Part shown: positions 54,890 through 63,779 of the stretch, piece after piece
Layout of the letters: every line of letters starts with the position of its first letter
How positions within the stretch are numbered: position 1 is the stretch's first letter
DNA from: Chloroflexota bacterium
GTDB lineage: Bacteria > Chloroflexota > Dehalococcoidia > UBA2979
Direction: 5' to 3'
Length of the DNA: 64,000 bases
NCBI GenBank assembly: GCA_947479915.1
Contig: CANKAU010000010.1
Location: 2,033-66,032, forward strand
Translations under genes and position numbers: made by a program
Notes under the pieces: generated by a model
What the model was told of the DNA's origin: nothing
Database searches by the model: none
The model's input: the letters and a program-made list of their open reading frames with translations, nothing else

Positions 54890-56233
54890 GTGACGACTGC
54901 TTCCACGGGTGCGGCACTGCCGCTGGCCCATGTCCTGCCGATCTCTGCCGAGGTGAACTCGGCGGGCCACCTTGCCATCGGCGGGTGCGATCTCCGCGAG
55001 CTGGCGGATCGCTTCGGCACGCCGCTCTATGTCTATGACACGGCCACGCTGCGCGCCCAGCTCCAGGGCTACCGGCAGGCCTTCACCGCCGCCTACCCGG
55101 ACAGCGAGCTGGTCTACGCCTCCAAGGCGTTCCTGAACCGCCCGTTCGCCCGCTTCGTCGCCTCGCAGGGGTTCGGGTTCGACGCCGTCTCCGCGGGGGA
55201 GATCGCCACGCTCGCCTCGGCGGGGGTGGACCTGGGGCGCGTCTACCTGCACGGCAACAACAAGACCCCGGACGAGCTGCGCTTCGCCGTGGAGCACGGC
55301 GTCGGCCGCATCGTCATCGACGGTGAGTGGGAGATCGAGCTCCTCGAACGCATCGCGCAGGACCTCGGGCGGCGCCAGCGCGTGCTGATCCGCGTCTCGC
55401 CGGGCATCGACGGGCACACGCACGAGAAGACCACGACGGGCATCCTGGACTCCAAGTTCGGCCTGCCGATCGTCACCGGCGCGGCGGAGCGCGCGATCCG
55501 CGCCATCGTCGCGTCGCCGCACCTCGAGTTCCGGGGCATCCACATGCACCTCGGCTCCCCGATCTTCGAGATGGAGCCCTACGCGCAGGCGATCGAGGTC
55601 ATGGCGGAGTTCATCGACGAGGTCGTGCGCAAGCAGATCGGCGTCGAGGTGCCGGAGTTCTCGCCCGGTGGCGGCTTCGCCGTCGCCTACCGCGACGACC
55701 AGCAGGCCCCCGCCTACGAGGCTTACGCCAGCGTCATCGCCAGCACGCTGAAGCGCGAGGCGGACGCGCGCGGCTTCGCGCTGCCGCACATCACGCTGGA
55801 GCCGGGCCGCAGCATCGTCGCGCGCGCGGGCATGGCCGTGTACACGGTCGGCGCGCGCAAGGAGGTGCCGGGCATCCGCACCTACGTCAGCGTGGACGGC
55901 GGCATGGCGGACAACCCCCGCGTCGCGCTCTACGGATCGCAGTACGAGGCCGTCCTGCCGGAGCGCCCGCTCGCCCCGAACGAGGAACTGGTCACGATCG
56001 CGGGCCGCTACTGCGAGTCTGGCGACATCCTGATCAAGGACATCGAGCTGCCTCGACTGCGCGCGGGCGAGCTGCTGGCGATGCCGGCTGCGGGCGCGTA
56101 CCAGGTGGCGATGGAGTCGAACTACAACATGGCGCTCCGCCCCGCGGTGGTCATGGTGGAGAACGGCCACGCGCGCCTCATCCGCCGCCGCCAGACGTTC
56201 GAGGACCTCGGCGCGCTGGACGTGGACGAGTAG
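54890..56233 (+). CDS. lysA: diaminopimelate decarboxylase
   Basis: Fold-III PLP decarboxylase motifs (YASKAF, GxDxxSxGE, EPGRSIV, CESGD); GTG start. Confidence 0.93.
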   Translation: MTTASTGAALPLAHVLPISAEVNSAGHLAIGGCDLRELADRFGTPLYVYDTATLRAQLQGYRQAFTAAYPDSELVYASKAFLNRPFARFVASQGFGFDAVSAGEIATLASAGVDLGRVYLHGNNKTPDELRFAVEHGVGRIVIDGEWEIELLERIAQDLGRRQRVLIRVSPGIDGHTHEKTTTGILDSKFGLPIVTGAAERAIRAIVASPHLEFRGIHMHLGSPIFEMEPYAQAIEVMAEFIDEVVRKQIGVEVPEFSPGGGFAVAYRDDQQAPAYEAYASVIASTLKREADARGFALPHITLEPGRSIVARAGMAVYTVGARKEVPGIRTYVSVDGGMADNPRVALYGSQYEAVLPERPLAPNEELVTIAGRYCESGDILIKDIELPRLRAGELLAMPAAGAYQVAMESNYNMALRPAVVMVENGHARLIRRRQTFEDLGALDVDE

Positions 56234-56235
56234 CG

Positions 56236-57354
56236 ATGACCACCGAGGCGCAGCGCGCGCTGGACGATCCCCCCGTGCCCGGATCCCGGAACGCGTGGGG
56301 ACTGCGCGGCCATGACGCCGCCGTGGAGGCGCTGCGCCGCGCGATCACCTCGGGCCACCTCGCGCACGCGTTCCTCATCGGCGGGCCGCCGGGCGTCGGC
56401 AAGACCACGCTCGCGCGCCGCCTCGCCGCCACGCTGATCGCGCCGAGCGCGGACGACCCGACGGTGCCCGACCTCGAGTCGCGTGCCGCGAAGCAGGTCG
56501 AGGCGGGCACGAACCCGGACATCGAGCGCATCACCATCGGCGGCATGTGCGACGAGACCTCGCATGACCACGCCACCGACCGATCGACGCGCATCCGCAT
56601 CTGCCAGGTGCGCCGGCTGGAGCGCGTCGCCGCGCTCGCGCCGTTCGCCGCGCCTCGACGCGTGTTCATCGTGGACACCGCGGACGACCTGCAGACGGAG
56701 GCGGCGCACGCGCTGCTCAAGACGCTGGAGGAGCCGCCCGGCGGCGCGATGCTGATCCTCGTCGCCGCGGACGTGGACGCGCTGCTGCCGACGATCCGGT
56801 CGCGCTGCCAGGAGTTCACCCTGCGCCCCATGCCCCACCACCTCCTCGCGAACGCGCTGATCGAGGACGCGGGCCTCGACGCTCCGGAGGCCGCCTCGCT
56901 CGCCTACCTCGCGCACGGCCGGTACGGCCTCGCGATGCGGATGCACGCCGACCCGACGATGGGCGTGCTGCGCGCGTCTGCCGAGGCCGAGGTCGCGCGC
57001 ATCGCGATCGGATCGCGCAACGAGCGCTTCGACGTCTCGGATCGCCTCAGCGGCGGCTGGTACCGCGAGCGCGAGAGCGTGCTGGCGACGCTGGACCTGT
57101 GGCGCGAGTGGTGGCGCAGCGCGCTCCTCGTCGGCGCAGGCGTCGAAGGCGCGCACGCAAACGTGGACTGCAACGCCGAGGAAGCACTGCGAGCACTGCG
57201 TGCGGTGCAGACGGCGCGCGAGCACCTGCTCGCCAACACCAGCGCGCAGGTCGCGCTGGACGTGATGATGCTCAACCTGCCCACGCTCCCCCCGGGGGCC
57301 GTGACGCTGGTTCACGAAACGGAGGATCGCGTCTCGGCGACCGCCGGCGAGTAG
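56236..57354 (+). CDS. holB: DNA polymerase III subunit delta'
   Basis: HAFLIGGPPGVGKTTLARRLA (P-loop)...FIVDTADDL...TIRSRCQEF (sensor-2) is the clamp-loader delta' pattern. Immediately upstream of the PSP1 gene, as in many Gram-positives. Confidence 0.85.
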   Translation: MTTEAQRALDDPPVPGSRNAWGLRGHDAAVEALRRAITSGHLAHAFLIGGPPGVGKTTLARRLAATLIAPSADDPTVPDLESRAAKQVEAGTNPDIERITIGGMCDETSHDHATDRSTRIRICQVRRLERVAALAPFAAPRRVFIVDTADDLQTEAAHALLKTLEEPPGGAMLILVAADVDALLPTIRSRCQEFTLRPMPHHLLANALIEDAGLDAPEAASLAYLAHGRYGLAMRMHADPTMGVLRASAEAEVARIAIGSRNERFDVSDRLSGGWYRERESVLATLDLWREWWRSALLVGAGVEGAHANVDCNAEEALRALRAVQTAREHLLANTSAQVALDVMMLNLPTLPPGAVTLVHETEDRVSATAGE

Positions 57355-57397
57355 CCACGGGCACTCGACCGGATCCGCCCGCGGGCGGCAGGGCGCG

Positions 57398-58888
57398 GTG
57401 ACGCGGAACGACATGGCAACCACATCAGTCGCAGAGGGACTGGTCGGCGTCCGCTTCGTGGAAGCCGGCCCGATCTCGTACTGCTCGCCCGACGGGCTCA
57501 GCCTGGGCACGGGCGACTACGTCGTCGTCCGCACTGACCGAGGCGAGCGCCTCGGCTGGGTCGTGCTCGCCGCGGACCAGACGCAGGGCGCGCGCTTCGA
57601 CGGCCCCGTGCGCGTCATCGATCGCCTCGCCGGCGAACGCGACGTGCAGGCGTACCGCGAACAGCAGGCCCGCGCGACCGAGGACATCGTGCGGGTGCAG
57701 GCGATCGCCACGCGCCGCGATCAGCGCGTGCGCGTTGCCAGCCTGATGTACGACCTCGACGGTCGGCACGCGGACATCACCTTCGTCGCGCGCGAGCAGG
57801 AGGAGGGCGACTGGCTGCGCCGCGAGGCCGCGCGCCAGCTGGACGCGAACGTGCAGGTGGAGCAGGTTGGCGACCGCGACCGCGCCAAGTCCGCGGGCGG
57901 CATCGGCCAGTGCGGCCGCGCGCTCTGCTGCGCCACGTGGCAGGTGGAGTTCCCGGCGATCTCGATCAAGATGGCGAAGGACCAGGGCCTCGCCCCGAAC
58001 CCCTCGAAGATCTCGGGCGTCTGCGGACGCCTGCTCTGCTGCCTCTCGTTCGAGCTCGAGGCGTATCGCGAGATCATGGGCACGCTGCCGAAGGTCGGGA
58101 AGCGCATCAGCACTCCCGTCGGTCGCGCGAAGGTGCTCTCCATCAACGCGCTGTCCGAGACCGTGCGCATGCGCATGGACGAGACGGGCGAGGTGGTCGA
58201 GATGCCGGCCGCCGCGCTGCGTGAGCAGTACGGTACAGCCGTCCGGCCCGTGGACCTCGAGGAGTCGCTCGAGGCGCCGCTGCACGAGCAGGATCGCGAC
58301 CGCCGCGATCACTTCCTCGGCGTCCTCGAGCCGGTCGCGATGCCGACTGCGCCGCGCCGTCCCGAAGGCCGCCCCGACCCGCGCCCGCGTCCCGCGCGCG
58401 ACGAGGATCGCCCGCGCCGTGACCGCAACGACCGCGCCGAGCGCGCTGCGCGGCCTGGCAGCTCCGACCGTCCCCCTCGCCCGCCTCGCGACGGCGCACC
58501 GCGCGATGGGGCACCTCGCGACGGCGGAACGACCGAAGATCGCGCCCGCCGTCCGCGTCGCGAGCGCCCGGTCGGTGAGGCTGCACCCGGCACGCAGAAC
58601 GCGCGCCCCGGTCGCCCCGGCATCGCCGGTCGTCGTTCCGGCCGTCCCACCTCGAACGCCACGCCCGATGCGACCGGCGCGATCGACACCCCGCGCGACA
58701 CGCCGCCGCGTGCCGAGCGCGCCGAACGTCCCGCTCGCCCGCCTCGACCGGAGGGGAGCGCCGCGCCCGGTGCGCCTGGAGGCGACGCCGAGGAGCAGAA
58801 GCGACGCCGGCGTCGCGGCCGTCGAGGCGGCCGTGGCCGCGGCGGCGAGGGCGCAGCCCCCGAGGGCGGATCACCCGCAGCCGAGTAG
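57398..58888 (+). CDS. ricT: PSP1 domain protein (RicT/YaaT-like) with long Arg/Pro-rich disordered C-terminus
   Basis: PSP1 C-terminal motifs CGRALCC...CGRLLCC; about 200 aa of RP/RD-rich tail. Confidence 0.85.
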   Translation: MTRNDMATTSVAEGLVGVRFVEAGPISYCSPDGLSLGTGDYVVVRTDRGERLGWVVLAADQTQGARFDGPVRVIDRLAGERDVQAYREQQARATEDIVRVQAIATRRDQRVRVASLMYDLDGRHADITFVAREQEEGDWLRREAARQLDANVQVEQVGDRDRAKSAGGIGQCGRALCCATWQVEFPAISIKMAKDQGLAPNPSKISGVCGRLLCCLSFELEAYREIMGTLPKVGKRISTPVGRAKVLSINALSETVRMRMDETGEVVEMPAAALREQYGTAVRPVDLEESLEAPLHEQDRDRRDHFLGVLEPVAMPTAPRRPEGRPDPRPRPARDEDRPRRDRNDRAERAARPGSSDRPPRPPRDGAPRDGAPRDGGTTEDRARRPRRERPVGEAAPGTQNARPGRPGIAGRRSGRPTSNATPDATGAIDTPRDTPPRAERAERPARPPRPEGSAAPGAPGGDAEEQKRRRRRGRRGGRGRGGEGAAPEGGSPAAE

Positions 58889-58980
58889 CCGAGGTCATGT
58901 TTAAAACCGCTCCCGCGATGCGCGGGGGCACGGGTGGGGGAGGCACTCTCCCGCCACCGTCATCGCAGGAGGACACGCCC

Positions 58981-59826
58981 ATGCCCGCAGCGAACCCGAA
59001 CGCCACGGTCGACCTCGACTGGGTGCGCGCGCACCTCGACGATCCGAGCGTCGTCTTCCTCCACGTCGGCGGCGAGCGCAAGGAGTACGAGGGCGGCCAC
59101 CTGCCGGGCGCGGTGTGGGCGGACGGCTACGGCGACTTCACTGTCACCCGCAACGGCGTCCGCGCGCTGGTCCCGTACCGCGAAGAGCAGGAGGCGAACC
59201 TCGGCCGCCTCGGCATCGACGAGACGAAGACGATCGTCTGCCTCGCCTCCGGCAAGTCGATGTGGCCGTACCGCGCCTACTGGGTGCTGCGGTACTACCG
59301 CTTCCCGCACGTCGTCGTCGCGGATCGCTCGGTCGCGGCGCTTGCAGCCGCGGGCATTCCGACGACCACCGATGAAACCGTCGTCACGCCCACCACGTGC
59401 CGCCTGTCTGAGGGCGACCCCACCGTGATCTCGATGGTGGACGAGGTGCTCGCGATCGCGAACGGCGATGACGCCGCGCGCATCCTCGACTGCCGCACGG
59501 ACGGCGAGTACGTCGGTGAGCCGGGCGCACACGCCGCCGCGCGACTCGGCCGCATCCCGCGTGCGTCGCACCTCAACTGGGAACTGCTGATGGACGCGGA
59601 CGGTCGCTTCCTGCCGCTCGATCAAATCCGGTCGCTGTACGCGGCCGCGGGCATCGACGGCACGAAGCCGGTGTTCCCGTACTGCGGCGGCGGCATCCGC
59701 TCGGCCGCCTCGTGGTTCGCGATGTACGAGTTGCTGGGCTGGACGAACGCCCGCAACTACGACGGATCGTGGGCGGAATGGTCCGTCCGCGAAGACCTCC
59801 CGATCGAAGTCGGCGGGACGCCGTAG
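58981..59826 (+). CDS. sseA: thiosulfate/3-mercaptopyruvate sulfurtransferase (tandem rhodanese domains)
   Basis: Two rhodanese domains; catalytic loop CGGGIRSAASW; GGAGG RBS. Confidence 0.85.
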   Translation: MPAANPNATVDLDWVRAHLDDPSVVFLHVGGERKEYEGGHLPGAVWADGYGDFTVTRNGVRALVPYREEQEANLGRLGIDETKTIVCLASGKSMWPYRAYWVLRYYRFPHVVVADRSVAALAAAGIPTTTDETVVTPTTCRLSEGDPTVISMVDEVLAIANGDDAARILDCRTDGEYVGEPGAHAAARLGRIPRASHLNWELLMDADGRFLPLDQIRSLYAAAGIDGTKPVFPYCGGGIRSAASWFAMYELLGWTNARNYDGSWAEWSVREDLPIEVGGTP

Positions 59827-59850
59827 CGCCTCGACGCGGTGACTGAACAA

Positions 59851-59881
59851 GCAGAAGGCCCGCGACAGCGGGCCTTCTGCT
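59851..59881. terminator. bidirectional terminator
   Basis: gcagaaggcccgc-gaca-gcgggccttctgc followed by ttcgtcc. Confidence 0.6.
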
Positions 59882-59912
59882 TCGTCCTTGGGCTCAGCCT
59901 GAGGCGAGACAA

Positions 59913-60422
59913 CTACCTCTTCGCGGCAGCCTTGGGGCCGACGAGCTTCGCGATCTCGACGAGGTGCTCGTCGAAATGCTCGGCGTGGTAGACGGCCATC
60001 TGGCGGATCGAGCGGCGCATGCCGCGCGCTTCGCCGGGGCGGCCCCACGCGGCGTCGGGCGTGTGGCCCAGCAATCCGACGAGGTGGCTGAACGCGTCCT
60101 CGATGCGCTGGAGCAGCACCGGCACGGGCAGCGCCTCGAGGTCCTCCGCGATGTATCCGGAGGGGAACTGCTTGCGTGACGGGTTCGTCATCTTCGCCAT
60201 CTGCGTGATGAAGACGTCGTTCGCCTCCGCGAGGAACACGAGGTGGGCGAGGTTCCGCAGGGCGGACCAGCCGCCCGCCGGCTCCTGCCGCATCGCCGCG
60301 TCGGAGGCGCCCGCGACGGCGGCGCGCACCTTGCCGGGGATCACGGAGAGCGCGTCGACCAGGTCGGCGTACTTCTCCGGCGCGCCGGTCACGAAGTCGA
60401 TGCGGTTCCCCTGCCCGGGCAT
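59913..60422 (-). CDS. DinB/YfiT-like (DinB_2) family protein
   Basis: Four-helix-bundle DinB_2 His pattern (NLAHLVF...HAEHFDEHL). Confidence 0.7.
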   Translation of the reverse strand: MPGQGNRIDFVTGAPEKYADLVDALSVIPGKVRAAVAGASDAAMRQEPAGGWSALRNLAHLVFLAEANDVFITQMAKMTNPSRKQFPSGYIAEDLEALPVPVLLQRIEDAFSHLVGLLGHTPDAAWGRPGEARGMRRSIRQMAVYHAEHFDEHLVEIAKLVGPKAAAKR

Positions 60423-60884
60423 CTAGTCGACCTCCAACAGCAGCTCGACCTCGACCGGCGAGTTCAGCGGCAGCGAGGCGATGCCGTACGCGAGGCGCAC
60501 GCCAATGCCGTGCTCCTCGCCGAAGACGTCGCGCAGCAGCTCGCTGGCGCCGTTCACGACGGCGGGATGGTCGACGAACTCGGGGGCGCACGCCACCATG
60601 CCGACGGTGCGGATCACGCGGCACCCCTCGAGGCTGCCGAGGAGCGTGTTCGCGGCAGCGAGCGCGTTGATCGCGGCGACGCGCGCGGCGGCCTTCGCCT
60701 GCTCCACGGTCACGTCCACGCCCAGGCGACCAGGGGTCAGGATCTTGCCGTCCACGGTCGGCAGCTGGCCGGAGACGTAAACCAGGTCACGGGTGCGCAC
60801 CGCGGGGCGGTAGATCGCCAGTGGCTGCGGCACCGGGGGCAGGTCGATCCCAAGTTCCTTCAGGCGATCCGCAACGCTGGTCAC
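60423..60884 (-). CDS. ridA: RidA/YjgF family (enamine/imine deaminase) protein
   Basis: RidA-like fold sequence with a C-terminal PVEVELLLEV. GTG start overlaps the parB stop (GTGA); its own stop abuts the dinB-like ATG. Confidence 0.85.
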   Translation of the reverse strand: MTSVADRLKELGIDLPPVPQPLAIYRPAVRTRDLVYVSGQLPTVDGKILTPGRLGVDVTVEQAKAAARVAAINALAAANTLLGSLEGCRVIRTVGMVACAPEFVDHPAVVNGASELLRDVFGEEHGIGVRLAYGIASLPLNSPVEVELLLEVD

Positions 60885-61771
60885 AGTGCATCCTCCCCAA
60901 GAATCCGTTCGAGGACGCCGGTCAGCTCCTCGTCGCTATAGAAGTGGATGGTCAGCGTGCCGCGGCCCTTCTGGGTCCGCTTCAACGCGACCTTCGTGCC
61001 CAGGCTCCGCTGCAGGGCAGCCTCGAAGCCGGAGGTGATTGCGGCAGGGCCGCGTTCGGGCGTGGCCTCCACGGCCTTCCGCTTCGGCTTCACGCCTTCG
61101 CGTACCATGCGCTCCGTCTCGCGCACGCTCAAGCCGTGCTTCACGACGAGCTGCCACGCCGCGAGGCGTTCGCCCTCCGTCGGCAGGCCGAGGAGCGCGC
61201 GGCCGTGGCCCTCGCTGATCTCGCCATTGGTGATGCTGGCGCGGACGTCCGCCGGCAGCTCGGTCAGGCGCAGGGTGTTCGCGACGGCGGTGCGCGACTT
61301 GCCCACGCGCTCCGCGACCTCGCGCTGCGTGAGGCCGAACTCCTCCATCAGGCGCTGGTAGGCGATCGCCTCTTCGATGGGGTTGAGGTCGGCGCGCTGG
61401 ACGTTCTCGACGATCGCGATCTCGAGCAACTCCTGCGGCGTTGTCTGCCGGATCGTGACCGGGACGCGTTCGAGGCCGGCCGCCTTTGCGGCGCGCAGAC
61501 GGCGCTCACCGGCGATCAGCTGATAGACGGTGCGGCCGTCGTGGCCGACCTCCTGCGTGACCAGCAGCGGCTGGATGATGCCGTACATCTTGATCGACTC
61601 GGACAGCTCGGCCAGCAGCTCCGGGTTCATCACCGTGCGCGGCTGCTGCGGGTTCGGGACGATGTCGCCGATCGGTACCTCGGACGAAGGCACGCGCTCG
61701 TCGCGCGGCGCCTGCTCGGCCTCCGGGATCAGCGCCGACAGTCCGCGGCCCAGTCCGCCCTTACGCGCCAT
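60881..61771 (-). CDS. parB: chromosome partitioning protein ParB (Spo0J)
   Basis: MARKGGLGRGLSALI...IVPNPQQPR...GERRLRAAKAAGL...LTQREVAERVGKSRTAVANTLRL (HTH). Confidence 0.93.
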   Translation of the reverse strand: MARKGGLGRGLSALIPEAEQAPRDERVPSSEVPIGDIVPNPQQPRTVMNPELLAELSESIKMYGIIQPLLVTQEVGHDGRTVYQLIAGERRLRAAKAAGLERVPVTIRQTTPQELLEIAIVENVQRADLNPIEEAIAYQRLMEEFGLTQREVAERVGKSRTAVANTLRLTELPADVRASITNGEISEGHGRALLGLPTEGERLAAWQLVVKHGLSVRETERMVREGVKPKRKAVEATPERGPAAITSGFEAALQRSLGTKVALKRTQKGRGTLTIHFYSDEELTGVLERILGEDAL

Positions 61772-62813
61772 GCGTTTGCTCCGTGTGTCCGATGCGCTCC
61801 GGGGTGAGGTCCAGCGGCGCGAGGTCGCGCGGCGTGGTCTCGTACGCCGCGACCTCGTGCGAGGTGGCCGGGATGGTGGCGAGGTCGTGCGGCGTGACGG
61901 GGATCGTTGCGACGTCATGCGGGGTGACCGGGATCGTGGCAACGTCGTGCGGTGTTGCGGGGATCGTTGCGACCTCGTGCGGCGTGCTGACGATCGGCGC
62001 GACGGCGGTGGGCGTCGAGGGCACGACGACCGGCGGCTGCGGCAGCAGATCGCGCGCACGCAGCGCTGCGATCAATTCGTCGGCCAGGTCGTTGTAAGCG
62101 CGCGCGCCGCTGCTCGTCGGGTCGAACACGTTGATCGGCTCGCCGTGACTCGGCGCCTCGGCGAGACGGATCGATCGCGGGATGACGGCGGCGAAGGTGT
62201 TCGGGAAGTGCGACCGCACCTCGGCCTCCACTTCGCGCGACAGGTTCGTGCGGCCGTCGAACATCGTCAGCACGACACCCCGGATCACCAGTCGAGGATT
62301 GAGGTTCCGCTGCACGAGCTCGATCGTGTGAGACAGGTGGCTCAGTCCCTCGAGCGCGAAGTACTCGCACTGCACTGGGATGATCACCTCGTCGCAGGCG
62401 GCGAGCGCGTTCACCGTGAGCAGGCCGAGCGAGGGCGGACAGTCCACGAGGATCACGTCGAACATCGGGCGGAGCGCATCCAGTGCGCGCTTCATGCGGA
62501 ACTCGCGCGCCATGACGGAGACGAGCTCCACCTCCGCGCCGGCGAGCGCGGGCGTGGTGGGCAGCACGGACAGGCCGGGGATCTCGGTCGCGCGCACGGC
62601 GTCGGCGAGCGGACGCTCATCGACGAGCGCTTCGTACAGCCCGCCCTCGTCGTCCTTCGTCGCGCCGACGGCGGAGGTGGCGTTGGCCTGCGGATCGGCG
62701 TCCACGATCAGCACGCGCAGCGATCGCATGGCGAGCGCGGCGGCGAGCGACACCGTGGTGGTCGTCTTGCCGACGCCACCCTTCTGGTTCGCCAGCGCGA
62801 TCACGACGCTCAT
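61761..62813 (-). CDS. parA: chromosome partitioning ATPase ParA (Soj) with repeat-containing C-terminal extension
   Basis: IALANQKGGVGKTTTTVSLAAALA (deviant Walker A). About 95-aa C-terminal extension carrying four TPHDVATIPV decapeptide repeats. The stop lies 8 nt after the parB ATG. Confidence 0.9.
   Translation of the reverse strand: MSVVIALANQKGGVGKTTTTVSLAAALAMRSLRVLIVDADPQANATSAVGATKDDEGGLYEALVDERPLADAVRATEIPGLSVLPTTPALAGAEVELVSVMAREFRMKRALDALRPMFDVILVDCPPSLGLLTVNALAACDEVIIPVQCEYFALEGLSHLSHTIELVQRNLNPRLVIRGVVLTMFDGRTNLSREVEAEVRSHFPNTFAAVIPRSIRLAEAPSHGEPINVFDPTSSGARAYNDLADELIAALRARDLLPQPPVVVPSTPTAVAPIVSTPHEVATIPATPHDVATIPVTPHDVATIPVTPHDLATIPATSHEVAAYETTPRDLAPLDLTPERIGHTEQTHGA
61841..61990. 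repeat. tandem 30-bp repeat (about 4-5 copies) inside the parA 3' region
   Basis: Unit approximately cggggatcgttgcgacgtcatgcggggtgac, repeated head-to-tail with minor variation. Confidence 0.6.
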
Positions 62814-63715
62814 CGGTCTCCCTGCGCACGCTCGAGGTCGGCGGGCACGAGGCCCGCGCGGGTCAGCAGTTCCGCGCGCGCAGGAAGGGGCGCCGAGCCT
62901 CGGCGCTCCACACAGGCCGCGGCACAGGCAGCAGCGAGCCGCCCGGCCGTACCTTCCCCCGCACGCATCGCGAGTATAAGGGCCGTCGCGAAGACATCGC
63001 CCGCGCCGGTCGCGTCCACCACGTCCGCAGGGAGCGCGGGGACGTGGTGCGTGCGTTCCGCGCCGCCGTCCCTCGTGCGGATCTCCGCGCCGTCCGCGCC
63101 CAGCGTGCGCACGAGGCGTCGCGATCGCGCGACGAGCTCGCCCAACGCGCCGGGGCTGCGCGACTCCCAGCGGCCGGTCTCCTCGGCGGAGAGGCAGAGC
63201 GTCACGTGCGAGCGCGCGGCGTCACGGAGCGCCGGCGACGGCATGTCCAGGTGCTCGATCGTGCCGTCGGGAGCCACCGTGCGCTGGAGTCCCTGCGCGA
63301 TCAATGCGGTTTCCTCGACGCCGAGGTCGAGGAACGCCGGGATGTCGATGTCGTCGGGGAGCAGCGTGCCGAGCACGAGCGTGCGCGGGGTCGGCCAGTC
63401 GGCGGGAAGGTCGGACGGACGAATCGGACGATGGGGCCGGGCGAGCACGCGCTGATGGCGCGCGCCGGCCTCGTAGCGGTGCTCCAGCGTCATGGTCGGC
63501 TCCACGCGGACACAGGCGAGGTCGTGGTCGGCGAATGCGGCGAGGTCAGCGTCGCGGCCTGCGATCAACAGGACGTGGGCGCGGATGCCCAGGGCGCTCG
63601 CGGCCCGCGCGGCGAAGGTGACCGCACCGCCGGGGACGCGCGCGCCGCCCACCACGTCCCAGGTCACCGCGCCGACGATGAGCACTGGATCGGGGTGAGC
63701 GTCGTTCTCGGTCAT
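62810..63715 (-). CDS. PfkB-family carbohydrate/nucleoside kinase (ribokinase-like)
   Basis: C-terminal DATGAGDVFATALILAM (PfkB signature 2). Stop overlaps the parA ATG (ATGA). Confidence 0.75.
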   Translation of the reverse strand: MTENDAHPDPVLIVGAVTWDVVGGARVPGGAVTFAARAASALGIRAHVLLIAGRDADLAAFADHDLACVRVEPTMTLEHRYEAGARHQRVLARPHRPIRPSDLPADWPTPRTLVLGTLLPDDIDIPAFLDLGVEETALIAQGLQRTVAPDGTIEHLDMPSPALRDAARSHVTLCLSAEETGRWESRSPGALGELVARSRRLVRTLGADGAEIRTRDGGAERTHHVPALPADVVDATGAGDVFATALILAMRAGEGTAGRLAAACAAACVERRGSAPLPARAELLTRAGLVPADLERAQGDR

Positions 63716-63779
63716 TCTCGGGCGTCCTCGGCGGCGGGCATCAGCCCACACCGCCGAGGATGGCCTGATCTCTCGCGTG

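Noticed and set aside
54717-54917. N-terminal 67-codon extension of ORF 53619-54917 (MPHPWKQSSRV...)
   Set aside because: This part is high-GC host-like sequence and contains the GGAGG RBS for the MDKRF start at 54716, so it is taken as 5' UTR/promoter rather than coding.
61841-61990. Tandem 30-bp repeats considered as a possible CRISPR array
   Set aside because: Units are contiguous with no unique spacers, lie in frame inside the parA ORF, and no cas genes are present.
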